Assembly (NCBI GenBank): GCA_963758955.1
Contig: CAVWXO010000009.1
Coordinates: forward strand, 27,525 to 91,524
DNA from: an uncultured Pseudomonadota bacterium
GTDB lineage: Bacteria > Pseudomonadota > Gammaproteobacteria > Burkholderiales > Burkholderiaceae_C
Direction of reading: 5' to 3'
Length of the DNA stretch: 64,000 nucleotides
The notes beneath the pieces were generated by a model. It searched no databases and had not been told where the DNA came from. It saw nothing but the letters and a program-made list of their open reading frames with translations. Below, in pieces: positions 17,297 to 28,867 of this stretch. Position numbers and translations under genes: made by a program. Every line of letters begins with the position of its first letter. Position 1 is the first letter of the stretch.

Positions 17297-20200
17297 CCAT
17301 CAGGCTGGCATTGCCGCCCGCCGCCGCGGTGTTGATCGACACCGAGCGTTCGACGGCCAGCCGCTCCAACGGGATGACCGCGTCGCCGCGGTCGAAGGCC
17401 AGCAGCGGCACGATCGGCCCCGGCCGCTGCGCCAGCTGCGCCGCCACCTGCAGTCGGCGCGGACCGTCGCCATGCAGCAGCACCGTATCGAAATGCGCTT
17501 CAGCACGCGTCCAGTCCTGCACGCGCAGCACACGCGCCTGCAACGCCTCGGGCAATGTGTGATGCTGGGCTGCTTTGGCCGCAGGCCACAGCGCGTGGCC
17601 ACCCACCGCCAGCACCGCGGCCAGTTGCAGCAGCCGGTCGGCGTCGTCCTCGGCCAGGCACAGCACGGCCTCGCGCGGTTGCAGCGCATAGAGGTTGCTC
17701 TCGCCGGTGGGCCCGGGCAGCGCACGCGTGCCAACGATGGGCGTGCACTCGAGAAAGCCTGCACAGGCCTGCGCCAGGGCCGACCGGCCGCCTTGTCGGG
17801 CCCACTGCTGCAATTGCGCCAGTGCGTCGTCGGCCACATCGCCCGGACCCAGTCCGCGCCACGGCGTCTCGGCCGGCACAGCGCCTGCGGCCTGGACTGC
17901 GCGGCGCGCCGCATCGGCGGGGGCACGCTGCAGCAGGCGCAGCAGGTACAGCGGTCCACCCGCCTTCGGCCCGGTGCCCGACAGACCTTCGCCGCCGAAG
18001 GGCTGCACGCCGACCACTGCGCCGACGATGTTGCGGTTGACGTACAGGTTGCCGGCCCGCGCCGCACCGACCACGCGCGCCACGGTCTCGTCGATGCGTG
18101 TGTGCACGCCCATCGTCAGCGCAAAACCGGTGGCGTTGATCTGCGCCAGCAGCGCGTCCAGGCCCTCGCGTTCATAGCGCAGCACATGCAGCACCGGCCC
18201 GAAGACCTCGCGCTGCAGCGCGTCGATCGAATCGATCTCGACGATCGTCGGCGTGACGAAGCTGCCGTGCGCGGTGTCGCCGGGCGGTGCCGGGCAGCGG
18301 ATGCGGTGGCCGCGTGCGGCCATATGCTGCAGGTGGCGCTCGATGGCGGCGCGCGCCTCGTCGTCGATCACCGGGCCGACGTCGGTGGCCAGGCGCCGCG
18401 GGTCGCCGACGCGCAGCTCGCGCACCGCGCCGTCCAGCATCTGCAGCACGCGGTCGGCGACCTCACGCTGCACGCACAGCACGCGCAGCGCCGAGCAGCG
18501 CTGGCCGGCCGAATCGAAGGCCGAACTCACCGCATCGGCCACCACCTGTTCGGCCAGCGCCGACGAGTCCACCACCATCGCGTTCTGCCCGCCAGTCTCG
18601 GCGATCAGCGGCACCGGGCGGCCGTCGGCATTCAGGCGCTGCGCCAGCTGCCGCTGCAGCAGGCGGGCGACTTCGGTGGAGCCGGTGAAGACCACGCCCT
18701 GCACCCGCGCATCGGCCACCAGCGGCGCGCCCACCGTCTCGCCGCGGCCGGGCAGCAGCTGCAGCGCGCCGCGTGGCACGCCGGCCTGGTGCAGCAACTG
18801 CACCGCCCGCGCGGCGACCAGCGGCGTCTGCTCGGCCGGTTTGGCCAGCACCGGGTTGCCGGCGGCCAGCGCCGCCGCCACCTGGCCAGTGAAGATGGCC
18901 AGCGGGAAGTTCCACGGGCTGATGCACACCACCGGCCCCAGCGGTCGGCAGGCGGCATCGTCCCAGCCCTGGCGCAGCTGCATCGCGTCGTAGCGCAGGA
19001 AGTCGATGGCCTCGCGCAGCTCGGCCACGGCGTTGGACACGGTCTTGCCGGCCTCGCGCACCAGCAGCGCGATCAGCACCTGCTGTTGCGCCTGCAGGCT
19101 CTCGGCGGCGCGATCGAGCATCGCCGCGCGCGTGGTGGCCGGCGTGGCAGCCCAGCCCGGGGCGGCGGCCTGCGCGGCGGTCAACGCGGCTTGCACGTCG
19201 GCGGCCGAGGCCTCGTGCACCTGGCCGATCACATCACGCCGGTCGGCCGGATTGGCCACCGGCTGCGGCGGCAGCGGCTGGGCCGTGCCGTCGATCAGCG
19301 GCAGGGCGTCGAAGCGCTGCGCGTGGCTGGCAGCGATCGCCGCAGCCAGCGAGGCCAGCGTCGGCTCGTCGGCCAGGTCCAGCCCGGCCGAGTTGGCGCG
19401 GGCCGCTCCGTACAGCGCGGCGGGCAGCGGGATCGCCGGGTGCGGCAGGCCCATCGTGCCCTCCTGCGCGGCCATCTGCTGCACGGTCTGCACCGGGTCT
19501 TCCACCAGCACCTCCAGCGGCAGCGAGGCATCGGCGATGCGGTGCACGAAGGAGGTGTTGGCGCCGTTCTCCAGCAGCCGGCGCACCAGGTAGGCCAGCA
19601 ACGTCTCGTGCGTGCCCACCGGCGCGTAGATGCGACAGGCCCGGCCCAGGCCGCCCTGGGCCACCGGCGCCACCACCTGCTCGTACAGCGCCTCGCCCAT
19701 GCCGTGCAGGCACTGGAACTCAAAGCGCTCCGGCCCGGCCTCGGCGCCGCCGGCCAGCTGCCAGACGGCGGCCAGCGTGTGCGCGTTGTGCGTCGCGAAC
19801 TGCGGGAACACCGCGTCCGGCGCGGCCAGCAGCCGGCGCGCGCAGGCCAGATAGGCCACGTCGGTGTAGGCCTTGCGCGTGTACACCGGATAGCCGGCCT
19901 GGCCGTCGGCCTGCGCGCGCTTGATCTCGCTGTCCCAGTAGGCGCCTTTGACCAGCCGCACCATCAATCGATGGCCGCTGCGTGTGCCCAGGTCCACCAG
20001 CCAGTCGATCACCGCCGGGCAGCGCTTGCCGTAGGCCTGGATGACGAAACCGATGCCGTGCCAGCCGGCCAGCGCCGGCTCGTGGCACAGCCGCTCCAGC
20101 AGGTCCAAGGAAAGCTCCAGCCGCTCGGATTCCTCGGCGTCGATGTTCAGCCCGATGTCGAGCGAGCGGGCTCGCAGCGCCAGGCTGCGCAGCCGCGGAT

Positions 20201-21023
20201 AGAGCTCGTCGTGCACGCGCTGCACCTGCGCGCGCGCATAGCGCGGGTGCAGTGCCGACAGCTTGATCGAGATGCCCGGCCCGTCGTGGATGCCACGCCC
20301 GGCCGCCGCCGCGCCGATGGCATCAATGGCCTGCTCGTAGGCCGCCAGGTAGCGCGCGGCATCGGCCTCGGTGAGCGCGGCCTCGCCCAGCATGTCGTAG
20401 CTGTGGCGAAAGCCCTGTGCCTCGCGGGAGCGGGCGTTCGCCAGCGCCTGCGCGATGGTCTCGCCGATGACGAACTGCTCGCCCATCAGCCGCATCGTCA
20501 GGTCCACGCCCTTGCGCACCAGCGGCTCGCCGCCGCGGCCGACCACGCGGCGCAGCGCAGCGCCCAGACCCTCGTCGCTGTGCGTGGCCACCAGCTTGCC
20601 GGTGAGCAGCAGCCCCCAGGCCGCGGCGTTGACGAACATCGACGGGCTGGCGCCGAGGTGCGCGCGCCAGTCGCCGCGCGCCACCTTGTCGCGGATCAGC
20701 GCGTCGCGGGTGGCGGCATCGGGGATGCGCAGCAGCGCCTCGGCCAGGCACATCAGCGCCACGCCTTCCTGCGAGCTGAGCGCGAACTCCTGCAGCAGCC
20801 CCTGCACCAGCCCGGCGCGGCTGAAGGCCAGCTTGCGCTCGCGCAGCGTGCCGGCCAGTTTCAGGGCCAGCGCCTGCGCGGCCGCGGCCGCGTCGGGTGC
20901 CAGCCGCGCGGCCTGCAGCAGGCCGGGCACCAGTTCGGGCTCGGGCCGACGAGTCAGCGCGGTGAGGGCGCCGCGCAGCGGGCTGCCTGGCAGCAGCGGG
21001 GTGAAGTCGAGCGTTGGATTCAC
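17286..21023 (-). CDS. putA: Proline dehydrogenase / glutamate-5-semialdehyde dehydrogenase PutA
   Basis: 1245 aa; SYDMLGEAA, ISIKLSALHPRY, VRLVKGAYWDSEIK, YLVRRLLENGANTSF, ETGGQNAM, SAGQRCSALR, INTAAAGGNASL. Confidence 0.96.
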   Translation of the reverse strand: MNPTLDFTPLLPGSPLRGALTALTRRPEPELVPGLLQAARLAPDAAAAAQALALKLAGTLRERKLAFSRAGLVQGLLQEFALSSQEGVALMCLAEALLRIPDAATRDALIRDKVARGDWRAHLGASPSMFVNAAAWGLLLTGKLVATHSDEGLGAALRRVVGRGGEPLVRKGVDLTMRLMGEQFVIGETIAQALANARSREAQGFRHSYDMLGEAALTEADAARYLAAYEQAIDAIGAAAAGRGIHDGPGISIKLSALHPRYARAQVQRVHDELYPRLRSLALRARSLDIGLNIDAEESERLELSLDLLERLCHEPALAGWHGIGFVIQAYGKRCPAVIDWLVDLGTRSGHRLMVRLVKGAYWDSEIKRAQADGQAGYPVYTRKAYTDVAYLACARRLLAAPDAVFPQFATHNAHTLAAVWQLAGGAEAGPERFEFQCLHGMGEALYEQVVAPVAQGGLGRACRIYAPVGTHETLLAYLVRRLLENGANTSFVHRIADASLPLEVLVEDPVQTVQQMAAQEGTMGLPHPAIPLPAALYGAARANSAGLDLADEPTLASLAAAIAASHAQRFDALPLIDGTAQPLPPQPVANPADRRDVIGQVHEASAADVQAALTAAQAAAPGWAATPATTRAAMLDRAAESLQAQQQVLIALLVREAGKTVSNAVAELREAIDFLRYDAMQLRQGWDDAACRPLGPVVCISPWNFPLAIFTGQVAAALAAGNPVLAKPAEQTPLVAARAVQLLHQAGVPRGALQLLPGRGETVGAPLVADARVQGVVFTGSTEVARLLQRQLAQRLNADGRPVPLIAETGGQNAMVVDSSALAEQVVADAVSSAFDSAGQRCSALRVLCVQREVADRVLQMLDGAVRELRVGDPRRLATDVGPVIDDEARAAIERHLQHMAARGHRIRCPAPPGDTAHGSFVTPTIVEIDSIDALQREVFGPVLHVLRYEREGLDALLAQINATGFALTMGVHTRIDETVARVVGAARAGNLYVNRNIVGAVVGVQPFGGEGLSGTGPKAGGPLYLLRLLQRAPADAARRAVQAAGAVPAETPWRGLGPGDVADDALAQLQQWARQGGRSALAQACAGFLECTPIVGTRALPGPTGESNLYALQPREAVLCLAEDDADRLLQLAAVLAVGGHALWPAAKAAQHHTLPEALQARVLRVQDWTRAEAHFDTVLLHGDGPRRLQVAAQLAQRPGPIVPLLAFDRGDAVIPLERLAVERSVSINTAAAGGNASLMAIG

Positions 21024-21079
21024 GGCAAGGTCCCGGTGGTGAAACCGGATCTTGCCGCGAAGCGCTCAGGCCTGTGCGG

Positions 21080-21820
21080 TCAAGGCCGGCACCACTGCCG
21101 CTCGCAAGGTACGCCGTCGTGGTTGCCGTCCATTTCCACGCCCGGACAGTTGTTCAGGAACCAGGTCGCCTCGGCACAGGAGGTCATCTGCGAGCAGCGC
21201 GTGCGCCCATCGCAGCGCCGGCCCGGCGCCGGGGTCTGCGCGGTCGCAGCCACCGGTGCCAGCTTGGGCGCTGGCGCCGGCGCTGGCTTCGGCGAAGACG
21301 GCGCCACGGCCGTCGGCGCCGCGCCGGCACCGTGCGGGCAGGGGCCGTTCAGTTGCCTGAAGTCGCGCGGCATCACGGCCGCGGGGTCGACGTTGAAGCC
21401 GCGCGACAGCGCCTTGGCCATGCGCTCGTCGGCCACGTAGGGGCCGCGGTCGAATTTGAAGCGGTTGCTCCAGGCATGGCCTTCCTGCACCAGCGTCTTG
21501 TTGACATTGAGCGTGTCCAGATACACCGTGCCGAGCGTGCGGCCATGGGTGTCGCGGCCGCTGACGCGCACGCTGACCGACTTGTTCAGCACCAGGTCCT
21601 GCAAGGCGCGCTTGGCCTCGGGCCCCCAGGGCTGGCAGATCTCCGGCGCATCGATGTCCTGCAGGCGCAGCTCCACCGGCGGGCCGGCATGCACTGGCTC
21701 CAGCCACAGGCTGTCGCCGTCGGTGACGCGCACCACCGTGCCGTTCAGCACAGTCGTCGATGCACCTGCGGCCCAGCTGGCGGCGCAGATCAGCCACAGA
21801 ACGACTGTGAAAATTCTCAT
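21080..21820 (-). CDS. Secreted thermonuclease (SNase-like) with C-terminal Excalibur Ca-binding domain
   Basis: Signal peptide; DGDS, LRLQDIDAPE, DTHGR SNase motifs; Pro/Ala linker; CSQMTSCAEA...MDGNHDGVPCE. Confidence 0.88.
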   Translation of the reverse strand: MRIFTVVLWLICAASWAAGASTTVLNGTVVRVTDGDSLWLEPVHAGPPVELRLQDIDAPEICQPWGPEAKRALQDLVLNKSVSVRVSGRDTHGRTLGTVYLDTLNVNKTLVQEGHAWSNRFKFDRGPYVADERMAKALSRGFNVDPAAVMPRDFRQLNGPCPHGAGAAPTAVAPSSPKPAPAPAPKLAPVAATAQTPAPGRRCDGRTRCSQMTSCAEATWFLNNCPGVEMDGNHDGVPCERQWCRP

Positions 21821-21998
21821 GGCGGGCATTCTGCGGCAGCGGGCAGTGTGTCCGCCGTGACCTTTCCCTCGCACCGACGCGTTTCCATGGAGCATGGTGG
21901 ACCGTGGGCCGGTGGCACCGCTGCAATCGCTCCCCGGCATGTGCTTGTCCGGCATTGGCCGGCGCGATCCGGATCGCCGTGGTGCCGGAACCGGAGGT

Positions 21999-24506
21999 CT
22001 ATGCGCTGAGCTTCGCCGCGCCCGGCGCGGCGGGCTTCATCACGCGGCGGCGCCGTGGCCGGGGGTCCGGTGTGGCCAGCGCCGCCTCGGCGTCCTTGAG
22101 GATGCGCGCCAGCCGGTCGGCCAGCTTCTCGGTCGTCAGCTGCTCGCGGAAGCGTTCCACCATCAGCGGCAGGCTGAAGGGGCTGGGTGCGGCCAGCTCG
22201 ACGAAGTCCAGACGCAGCTTGCGCATGCGCTTGAGCGCCGCGCGCAGCCGCTCGATCTGCAGCTCCTGCGACAGCACTTCGGATTCGGCCTGGCCAAGCA
22301 GGCGGTTGCCAGGGTCGTACTTGCGGAAGACCTCGAAGAACAGGCTCGACGAAGCCTGCAGCTGGCGCGTGCTCTTCGGTGCGCCGGGGTAGCCGCTGAA
22401 CACCAGTCCGGCCACCCGCGCGATCTCCCGAAAGCGCCGCTGTGCCAGCTCGCCGCTGTTCAGGCTGGCCAGCACGTCGGCCAGCAGCTCGCCAGCGTCG
22501 AACAGCGCCCGGTCGTGCAGGCTGTCCAGCGCCGGCTCCTCGGCAGCCAGCAGCTCGAAACCGTAGTCGTTGACGCTGAGGCTGAAGCTGTTGGGCGCGC
22601 CCCGGCTCAAGCGCCAAGCCAGCAGCGAGGCCAGCCCCAGGTGCACCAGGCGCCCGGCAAAGGGGTAGAGGAACAGGTGATGCCCCTCGCGCGAACGGAA
22701 GCGCTCGACCAGCAGCGTCTTCGGCGTCGGCAGCTTCGACAAGCGCAGCTGCGCCTGCAGCATCGGCTGCGCGCTCTGCAGCTCCGGCTCGAGCCAGTCG
22801 CCCTGCTCGCAGCCGTCCAGCACGCGCAGCGTGGCGTCGGCGAGCTCGCTGGACAGCGGCATGCGCCCGCCGCTCCAGGCCGGCACGATGCCGCGCTTGC
22901 CGGTGGCCTTGCGCACATAGGCGGCCATGTCCTGCGTGCGCACGTACTCCAGCACCCGGCCGCCGAAGACGAAGCAGTCGCCCTTCTTCAGTCGCGCGAT
23001 GAAGGACTCCTCCACCGTGCCGAGCGTGCCGCCGCCGAGCCATTTCACCTGCATCGAGGCATCGGCCACGATGGTGCCCACCTGCAGCCGGTGGCGCAAT
23101 GCGATGCCGCGGTTGACCACGCGGTAGCGCCCGTCCTGCAACACGACGCGATGGTACTCGGGGTAGGCCTGCAGGCTGCTGCCGCCGTGCACCACGAAGC
23201 CGAGCGCCCACTGGAAGGACTCGCGGGACAGCTTGCGGTAGCTCCAGGCGCCGCGCAGCTCGCGGTACATCGCCTCGGCCTCGAAGCCGCCGGCCAGGGC
23301 CATGCTCACCAGGTGCTGCACCAGCACGTCCAGTGGCGCGTCCGGGGCTTCGCGCGCCTCCACCCGCCCGGCCAACGCGGCGCGGCGCGCGGCCACCGCC
23401 TCCACCAGCTCCAGCGTGTGGGTCGGCACCAGCGTCACGCGGCTGGCGCGGCCCGGCTGGTGGCCGCTGCGGCCGGCGCGCTGCAGCAGCCGGGCCACGC
23501 CCTTGGCGCTGCCGATCTGCAGCACGCGCTCCACCGGCAGGAAGTCCACGCCCAGGTCCAGCGACGAGGTGGCCACCACGGCCTTCAGCGTGCCGGCCTT
23601 CAGGCCGGCCTCGACCCATTCGCGCACGCTCTTGTCGAGCGAGCCGTGGTGCAGCGCGATGCTGCCGGCCCAGTCGGGCCGCGCGTTCAGCAGCAGCTGA
23701 TACCAGGTCTCCGCCTGCGAGCGCACGTTGGTGAAAATCAGCGCCGTCGACGAGCGCTCGATCTCGTCGACCACCGGCTGCAGCATCTGCGCACCCAGGT
23801 GCCCACCCCACGAAAAACGCCCTGGTTCGTGCGGCAGCAGCGTGTCGACCTGCAGCGGCTTGTCCAGCCGTCCCTGCACCAGCTGCGCATCACCACCGTG
23901 GCGCGGGCCGAGCAGTGCACTGCGAGCCTCGTCCAAGTTGCCCAGCGTGGCGGACAAGCCCCACACCACCAGCTGCGGGTTCCACAGGCGCAGGCGCGCC
24001 AGCGCCAGCTGCACCTGCACGCCGCGCTTGTTGCCGATGAGCTCGTGCCACTCGTCGACGATCACCACCTGTAGCGCGCCGAAGTCCTCGCGCGCACGTT
24101 CACGCGTCAGCAGCAGTGTCAGTGATTCGGGCGTGGTCACCAATGCCGTGGGCAGGCGGCGGTCCTGACGCGCACGCTCGGCCGACGGGGTGTCGCCAGT
24201 ACGCAGGCCCACGCGCCATTGCGGCGCCAGCTCGGCCAGCGGCTGCTGCAGCGCCCGCGCCGTGTCGGCGGCCAGTGCGCGCATCGGCGTCAGCCAGAGC
24301 ACTTGCAGTCCCGTGGACGACGTCTGCCGTGCCAACGCCCCCAGCCACACCGCATAGGTCTTGCCGCTGCCGGTGGTGGCATGCAGCAGGCCGCTGCGGC
24401 CTGCGCACATGGCCGCCCAGACCTGGCGCTGGAAGTCGAACACGCGCCAGCCGCGCGCCTGGAACCAGGCATCGAAGGCGGTGTCGGGCGGATGAGGTTT
24501 GTCCAT
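21999..24506 (-). CDS. Ligase-associated DNA damage response DEXH-box helicase (Lhr-core type)
   Basis: [43 protein letters not shown]; C-terminal [14 protein letters not shown]. True start 24506, not 25286. Confidence 0.92.
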   Translation of the reverse strand: MDKPHPPDTAFDAWFQARGWRVFDFQRQVWAAMCAGRSGLLHATTGSGKTYAVWLGALARQTSSTGLQVLWLTPMRALAADTARALQQPLAELAPQWRVGLRTGDTPSAERARQDRRLPTALVTTPESLTLLLTRERAREDFGALQVVIVDEWHELIGNKRGVQVQLALARLRLWNPQLVVWGLSATLGNLDEARSALLGPRHGGDAQLVQGRLDKPLQVDTLLPHEPGRFSWGGHLGAQMLQPVVDEIERSSTALIFTNVRSQAETWYQLLLNARPDWAGSIALHHGSLDKSVREWVEAGLKAGTLKAVVATSSLDLGVDFLPVERVLQIGSAKGVARLLQRAGRSGHQPGRASRVTLVPTHTLELVEAVAARRAALAGRVEAREAPDAPLDVLVQHLVSMALAGGFEAEAMYRELRGAWSYRKLSRESFQWALGFVVHGGSSLQAYPEYHRVVLQDGRYRVVNRGIALRHRLQVGTIVADASMQVKWLGGGTLGTVEESFIARLKKGDCFVFGGRVLEYVRTQDMAAYVRKATGKRGIVPAWSGGRMPLSSELADATLRVLDGCEQGDWLEPELQSAQPMLQAQLRLSKLPTPKTLLVERFRSREGHHLFLYPFAGRLVHLGLASLLAWRLSRGAPNSFSLSVNDYGFELLAAEEPALDSLHDRALFDAGELLADVLASLNSGELAQRRFREIARVAGLVFSGYPGAPKSTRQLQASSSLFFEVFRKYDPGNRLLGQAESEVLSQELQIERLRAALKRMRKLRLDFVELAAPSPFSLPLMVERFREQLTTEKLADRLARILKDAEAALATPDPRPRRRRVMKPAAPGAAKLSA

Positions 24507-24611
24507 CGTCGAGGCCGGGGCGATTGTCGGCGGCCTCTCGGCACAAACACGCAGCTGCGGCTCAGGCGCCTTGATGAACAATGGTCGCCCCGAACCCGAT
24601 TTGGAGCCCTC

Positions 24612-25577
24612 ATGCGCACGACCGCCTTGTTGAACGCCCTGCTGCTGAGCCTGGCCACGCTGGCCGGTAACGCGATGGCCCAGGTGGACAAACCGGTGCG
24701 GTTGCTGGTTGGCTTTGCGCCAGGCGGCTCGGCCGACATTGCCGGCCGCCTGCTGGCCGAACGCATGAAGGACGAACTGAAGCAGAACGTGGTGGTCGAC
24801 AACAAACCGGGTGCCGGCGGGCGCATTGCCGCAGAACTGCTGAAGAACGCGCCGGCCGACGGCAGCACGATCATGATCACGCCGATCGTCGTGCCGATCC
24901 TGGCGCCGCTGGTGTTCTCGAAGCTGAACTACGACCCGCAGGCCGACTTCGCGCCGGTGGCCGCGGTGGCCAACTTCCAGTTCGGCCTGTCGGTGAACGC
25001 GACGCACCCGGCGAAGACCGTGGCCGAGCTGGTGGCCTGGTGGAAGGCCAACCCGGCGCAAGCCAACTTCGGCACCCCGGGGCCGGGCAGCCTGCCGCAC
25101 TTCTTTGGCGTGATGATCGGGCGCGACGCCGGGCTGGACCTGATCCACGTGCCATACAACGGCGGCGGCCCGCTGATGACGGCGCTGATGGGCAACCAGG
25201 TGAGTTCGGCCGTCGACACGCTGGTCGACCAGATCGAACTGCAGCGCGCCGGCAAGATCCGCATCCTGGCCAGTGCCGGCGCCCAACGCGCCGCGCTGCT
25301 GCCCGAGGTGCCGACCTTCGCCGAATCGGGCCTGAAGGGAGTGGAAGGCAGCAGCTGGTTCGCGATCTATGCGCCGGCGCGCACGCCCGAGGTCACGCTG
25401 CGCCAGCTGAACGCGGCCATCAACCGCGCCTTGGCCGCGCCCGAGTTGCGCGAGCGCTTTGCCAAGTTGGGGCTGGAGCCGACCGGCGGCACGCAGGCCG
25501 ACCTCGTCGCGCTGATGAAGCGCGACAGCGAGCGCTGGGCGCCGGTGGTCAAGGCCTCCGGCTTCAAAGCCGACTGA
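24612..25577 (+). CDS. Bug/TctC family substrate-binding protein
   Basis: Signal peptide; [42 protein letters not shown]. Confidence 0.92.
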   Translation: MRTTALLNALLLSLATLAGNAMAQVDKPVRLLVGFAPGGSADIAGRLLAERMKDELKQNVVVDNKPGAGGRIAAELLKNAPADGSTIMITPIVVPILAPLVFSKLNYDPQADFAPVAAVANFQFGLSVNATHPAKTVAELVAWWKANPAQANFGTPGPGSLPHFFGVMIGRDAGLDLIHVPYNGGGPLMTALMGNQVSSAVDTLVDQIELQRAGKIRILASAGAQRAALLPEVPTFAESGLKGVEGSSWFAIYAPARTPEVTLRQLNAAINRALAAPELRERFAKLGLEPTGGTQADLVALMKRDSERWAPVVKASGFKAD

Positions 25578-25583
25578 GGACTT

Positions 25584-26411
25584 TCAGGCACTGACGATCC
25601 AGCCCTCCAGCGGATCGATGTCGGCCGGCAGCCCGTAGCCCGGCTGCTCGCTGGCCCAGGCGGCCTGCATCAGGCACAGCACCGCATCCAGGCTGTCGCC
25701 GCTGGCGTCCTCGACCAGCCGCTCGTGCTGCGCCGGCGACAGCTTCAACCGCAGGCCCAGTCGCGTGCGGCCCTGCTCCAGCGCGGCCACGATGTCCTTG
25801 CGCGCAATCAGTCGGGGCGCAGTCTGCCGTGCCACATCGTCGGCCTTGTAGGAGCGCGAGCCGATCAGCTCGCGGGCCAGCAGCCCGGGGTAGCCCTCCA
25901 GCGCCACGCGGCTCGGGTCACCGTCGTGCAGACCCGGCAGCTGCAGGCCGGCGTCGACGAGCAGCGGCACGCCGGCGTGCAGCATGTAGGCCACGGGCGG
26001 GTTCACCCATTTCATCGACGGGCTAGATCCGGCCGGGCGGTCGCAGGCGCGGTGCGCGAACTTGGCGCCCGCCGGCCGCCCGTCGCAGAAGGCCTTGAAC
26101 TGCAGGCGGATCTCGGCCCGGTCCAGCGCCTGGTAGTGGCGCAGCAGTGGCAGCCACTGCTGCGGCCAATACAGCGCCTCGACCAGCTCGCGCGGCAGGC
26201 CGAAGGGGAAGTCGAAGGCGCCGACCCAGGGTCCGGGCTCGCGCAGCGCTTCGGCCAGGCTGTCGAAGTCGGCATGCTCGACCAGGCGGCCCAGCCGCAG
26301 CACCGCGCCATGGCGTTGGCCTTCGGCCCACAGCACCGGCTTGCGGCGGCTCGGGCGGCTGCTGAAATCGACGCCGATGCAGCGCACGGCAGCCTGGGGG
26401 CTTGGATTCAT
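25584..26411 (-). CDS. DUF429 family protein (predicted RNase H-fold nuclease)
   Basis: IGVDFSSRPSRRKP, AFDFPFGLP, LEGYP, GDSLDAVLC, DPLEGWI. Confidence 0.75.
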   Translation of the reverse strand: MNPSPQAAVRCIGVDFSSRPSRRKPVLWAEGQRHGAVLRLGRLVEHADFDSLAEALREPGPWVGAFDFPFGLPRELVEALYWPQQWLPLLRHYQALDRAEIRLQFKAFCDGRPAGAKFAHRACDRPAGSSPSMKWVNPPVAYMLHAGVPLLVDAGLQLPGLHDGDPSRVALEGYPGLLARELIGSRSYKADDVARQTAPRLIARKDIVAALEQGRTRLGLRLKLSPAQHERLVEDASGDSLDAVLCLMQAAWASEQPGYGLPADIDPLEGWIVSA

Positions 26412-26473
26412 CGCGGCGATTGTCGGTGCGCGCCGATTACAGTCGGCACTGGCCCATGGCAGGAGCATGCGCG

Positions 26474-27520
26474 ATGAATCCGGTACTGGTCGAAGCCTGG
26501 CGCGGCAATGCGGTCGAATCCGCGCACCGCGGCGCACTGGCGGTGGTCGATGCCGACGGCGGCATGGTGCTGGCGCTGGGCGACACGCAGCGGCCGATTT
26601 TTCCCCGCTCGGCGGTGAAGGTGCTGCAGGCGCTGCCGCTGGTGGCCAGCGGCGCGGCCACGGCCTTGCAGCTGAGCGACGAGGAACTGGCGCTGGCCTG
26701 TGCCTCGCACAACGGCGAGCCGGCGCACGTGGCCACCGCGGCCGGCATGCTGGCCAAGGCCGGAGTGGACCTGCGCACGCTGGAATGCGGCGCGCACTGG
26801 CCCTACCGCGAGGCCTTCCAGCGCGAGATGGCCGCTCGCGGCGACACCCCCAGTGCGCTGCACAACAACTGTTCGGGCAAGCACGCCGGTTTTGTCTGCC
26901 TGGCCTGCCGCATGGCGGGTGGCCAGCCGCTGTTCGACTATGCCAAGGGCTACGTGCGCGCCGAGCACCCGGTGATGCGCGAGGTGACGCATGCGCTGCA
27001 AACGGCCACCGGCTGGGACCTGTCGACTGCACTGCAGGGCATCGACGGCTGCTCGATCCCGACCTTCGGCATCCCGCTGCAGCACTTGGCGCGAGCCTTC
27101 GCGCGCGTCGGCACCGGGGTCGGGCTGAGTGACGACCATGCACGCGCCGCGCGGCGGCTGCGCCTGGCGGTGGCGAAGGCCCCGTTCATGGTCGGCGGCA
27201 CCGACCGCTTCGACACGCGGGTGATGCAGCGGCTGGGCGAACGTGTGTTCTGCAAGGTCGGCGCCGAAGGTGTGTACTGCGCCGCGCTGCCCGGCCGGGG
27301 CCTGGGCGTGGCGCTGAAGATCGACGATGGCAACAACGCGCGTGCGGCCGAGGTGGTGATGGCGGCACTGATCGAAGCGTACGTGGCGCTGGACGACGGC
27401 CAGACACAGCTGATGCGCTCTCTCAGCGACGTTTGTCTGAAGAACTGGAACGGCATCGAGGTCGGCGCGCTGCGCGCGTCAGCGGCACTGCGCCGCGTCG
27501 CGGCACCCTTATCGGCGTGA
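26474..27520 (+). CDS. L-asparaginase II (Rhizobium etli-type, class 3)
   Basis: ESAHRG, RSAVKVLQA, ASHNGE, HNNCSGKHAG, DGCS, KVGAEG. Confidence 0.9.
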   Translation: MNPVLVEAWRGNAVESAHRGALAVVDADGGMVLALGDTQRPIFPRSAVKVLQALPLVASGAATALQLSDEELALACASHNGEPAHVATAAGMLAKAGVDLRTLECGAHWPYREAFQREMAARGDTPSALHNNCSGKHAGFVCLACRMAGGQPLFDYAKGYVRAEHPVMREVTHALQTATGWDLSTALQGIDGCSIPTFGIPLQHLARAFARVGTGVGLSDDHARAARRLRLAVAKAPFMVGGTDRFDTRVMQRLGERVFCKVGAEGVYCAALPGRGLGVALKIDDGNNARAAEVVMAALIEAYVALDDGQTQLMRSLSDVCLKNWNGIEVGALRASAALRRVAAPLSA

Positions 27521-27991
27521 GGTGTCCGCGACGCCGTCCGTCAATGCCAGGCCGCCCCGGTTGACCTGTCACGCCTCATCGAAGCGTCCACCCACTTGCA
27601 TTGATACGGAGGAAGGACTGAGCCCCGCTCCGATCGGTGGCGGTTCGCTCCCCGCCCGATCACCACGGTGTAGGTGGCCGCCAAACGTGTAGTGCGCAGG
27701 CCAAGACGCAACCCACGACTTCGGCGTCGCCTTTGCCCATGCACCCCCCAACATGAGTGGAGGAATCGCATTGACGACGGATCTAGACCCCTAGAGCCGC
27801 GGGTAGCATCACAGTAGTCAGCCCGCACCTCCTTGGTTCAGGAGAACAAAATCCATCAGCACCCGGGAACCGTTCCGGATTCGTCGCCTCAACCAAGACG
27901 CTACGGGCTTGTCGGATAGCTTGGGACTTGAGGCTTGCATGAGCATTTCGTGTTCGGAACGCACGCCTTTGATGAATAGGAAGCAGAACAC

Positions 27992-28867
27992 ATGAAGCGC
28001 CCCGTCTTTGCACTCACTCGCTTTTTGGGCGCCTTGGCATTCGCGTCGTTGTTGTCCGCGTGCGGGAGCGGTGATTCATCGGAAGACCCGCCTCCAGCTG
28101 GGATTGCCCGCATCAACTGCACCGTCACGTCCGACCAAGGCGCTGTTTCGGCTGCCATCGTCAGTTTTCAAACCACCGACGCGTCCGGGTCCAACAAGAA
28201 GTACGAAACCCAGACCGGAGCAGATGGCACGTGTACCTTGGACATGCCGCTGGCCGAGGTGAGCGGGGTCAACCTTCCGGCCGGAACGGTCGTTAAGGAA
28301 GGGTACGAACCCCAGACGCTGATTTGTTATGGGTTCTCGAAGACGGAGGTTAGTTGCTCCGCCAAAGTCAAGCTGATCGTGCTGGCCAGCAATGTGAGCA
28401 TTCCGCTCGGCAGCGATACGGTCTGGCACATTGGGGATTCGAATTTCCAGGGACAACCGAACTCGCAGTTGCAGAAGAAAGTACCCGACGGCACGGTGCT
28501 GGCGTTTCCGATTGCGGATTGGGATGTTCAGGTCAAGAAGGAAGGGATAACCAGGGCCACCGTGGTCCTCGATCACAAGGGATGGCAGACATCGATCTGC
28601 CCGGGCAATACCATCGCGTTGGTCGGAGATTCGGGTTCGGTCGAGATTGCCGGTGGCAACTCGTCGGACCAGGGCTACTGGAGCGGGGGACACAGGGAGC
28701 CCGACCCCTTTGTCTTCCAGGTCAGCCAGGTTGGCATGTTGAGCGCCAAAGTGGTGATTTCCGCCGGCACTTGCCGGGGCGCGGACTTGGATGATTTCGA
28801 GATCAACCGGATGCGCGTGTACTTCTGCGGCAGCGAGGGTCGCGACTGCATTCCGCGTCAACAGTAG
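27992..28867 (+). CDS. Hypothetical lipoprotein, paralog 1
   Basis: Lipobox LSAC; Cys-rich beta-type N-domain; C-domain WHIGD...NSQLQ...KGWQT...WS...AGTC...DDFE; many A/T-ending codons unlike flanking genes. Confidence 0.8.
   Translation: MKRPVFALTRFLGALAFASLLSACGSGDSSEDPPPAGIARINCTVTSDQGAVSAAIVSFQTTDASGSNKKYETQTGADGTCTLDMPLAEVSGVNLPAGTVVKEGYEPQTLICYGFSKTEVSCSAKVKLIVLASNVSIPLGSDTVWHIGDSNFQGQPNSQLQKKVPDGTVLAFPIADWDVQVKKEGITRATVVLDHKGWQTSICPGNTIALVGDSGSVEIAGGNSSDQGYWSGGHREPDPFVFQVSQVGMLSAKVVISAGTCRGADLDDFEINRMRVYFCGSEGRDCIPRQQ

Noticed and set aside
17286-21023. Trifunctional DNA-binding PutA
   Set aside because: No N-terminal ribbon-helix-helix segment is visible; the protein begins at the arm preceding the PRODH domain.
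17472-21440. 1322-aa plus-strand ORF and other long antisense ORFs (e.g. 58071-61286, 61105-63627, 21894-24074)
   Set aside because: Shadow frames opposite well-supported genes, expected at high GC; no recognisable motifs.
24507-25286. N-terminal extension of the helicase (1095-aa ORF)
   Set aside because: Antisense to the Bug gene; helicase homology starts near 24506.
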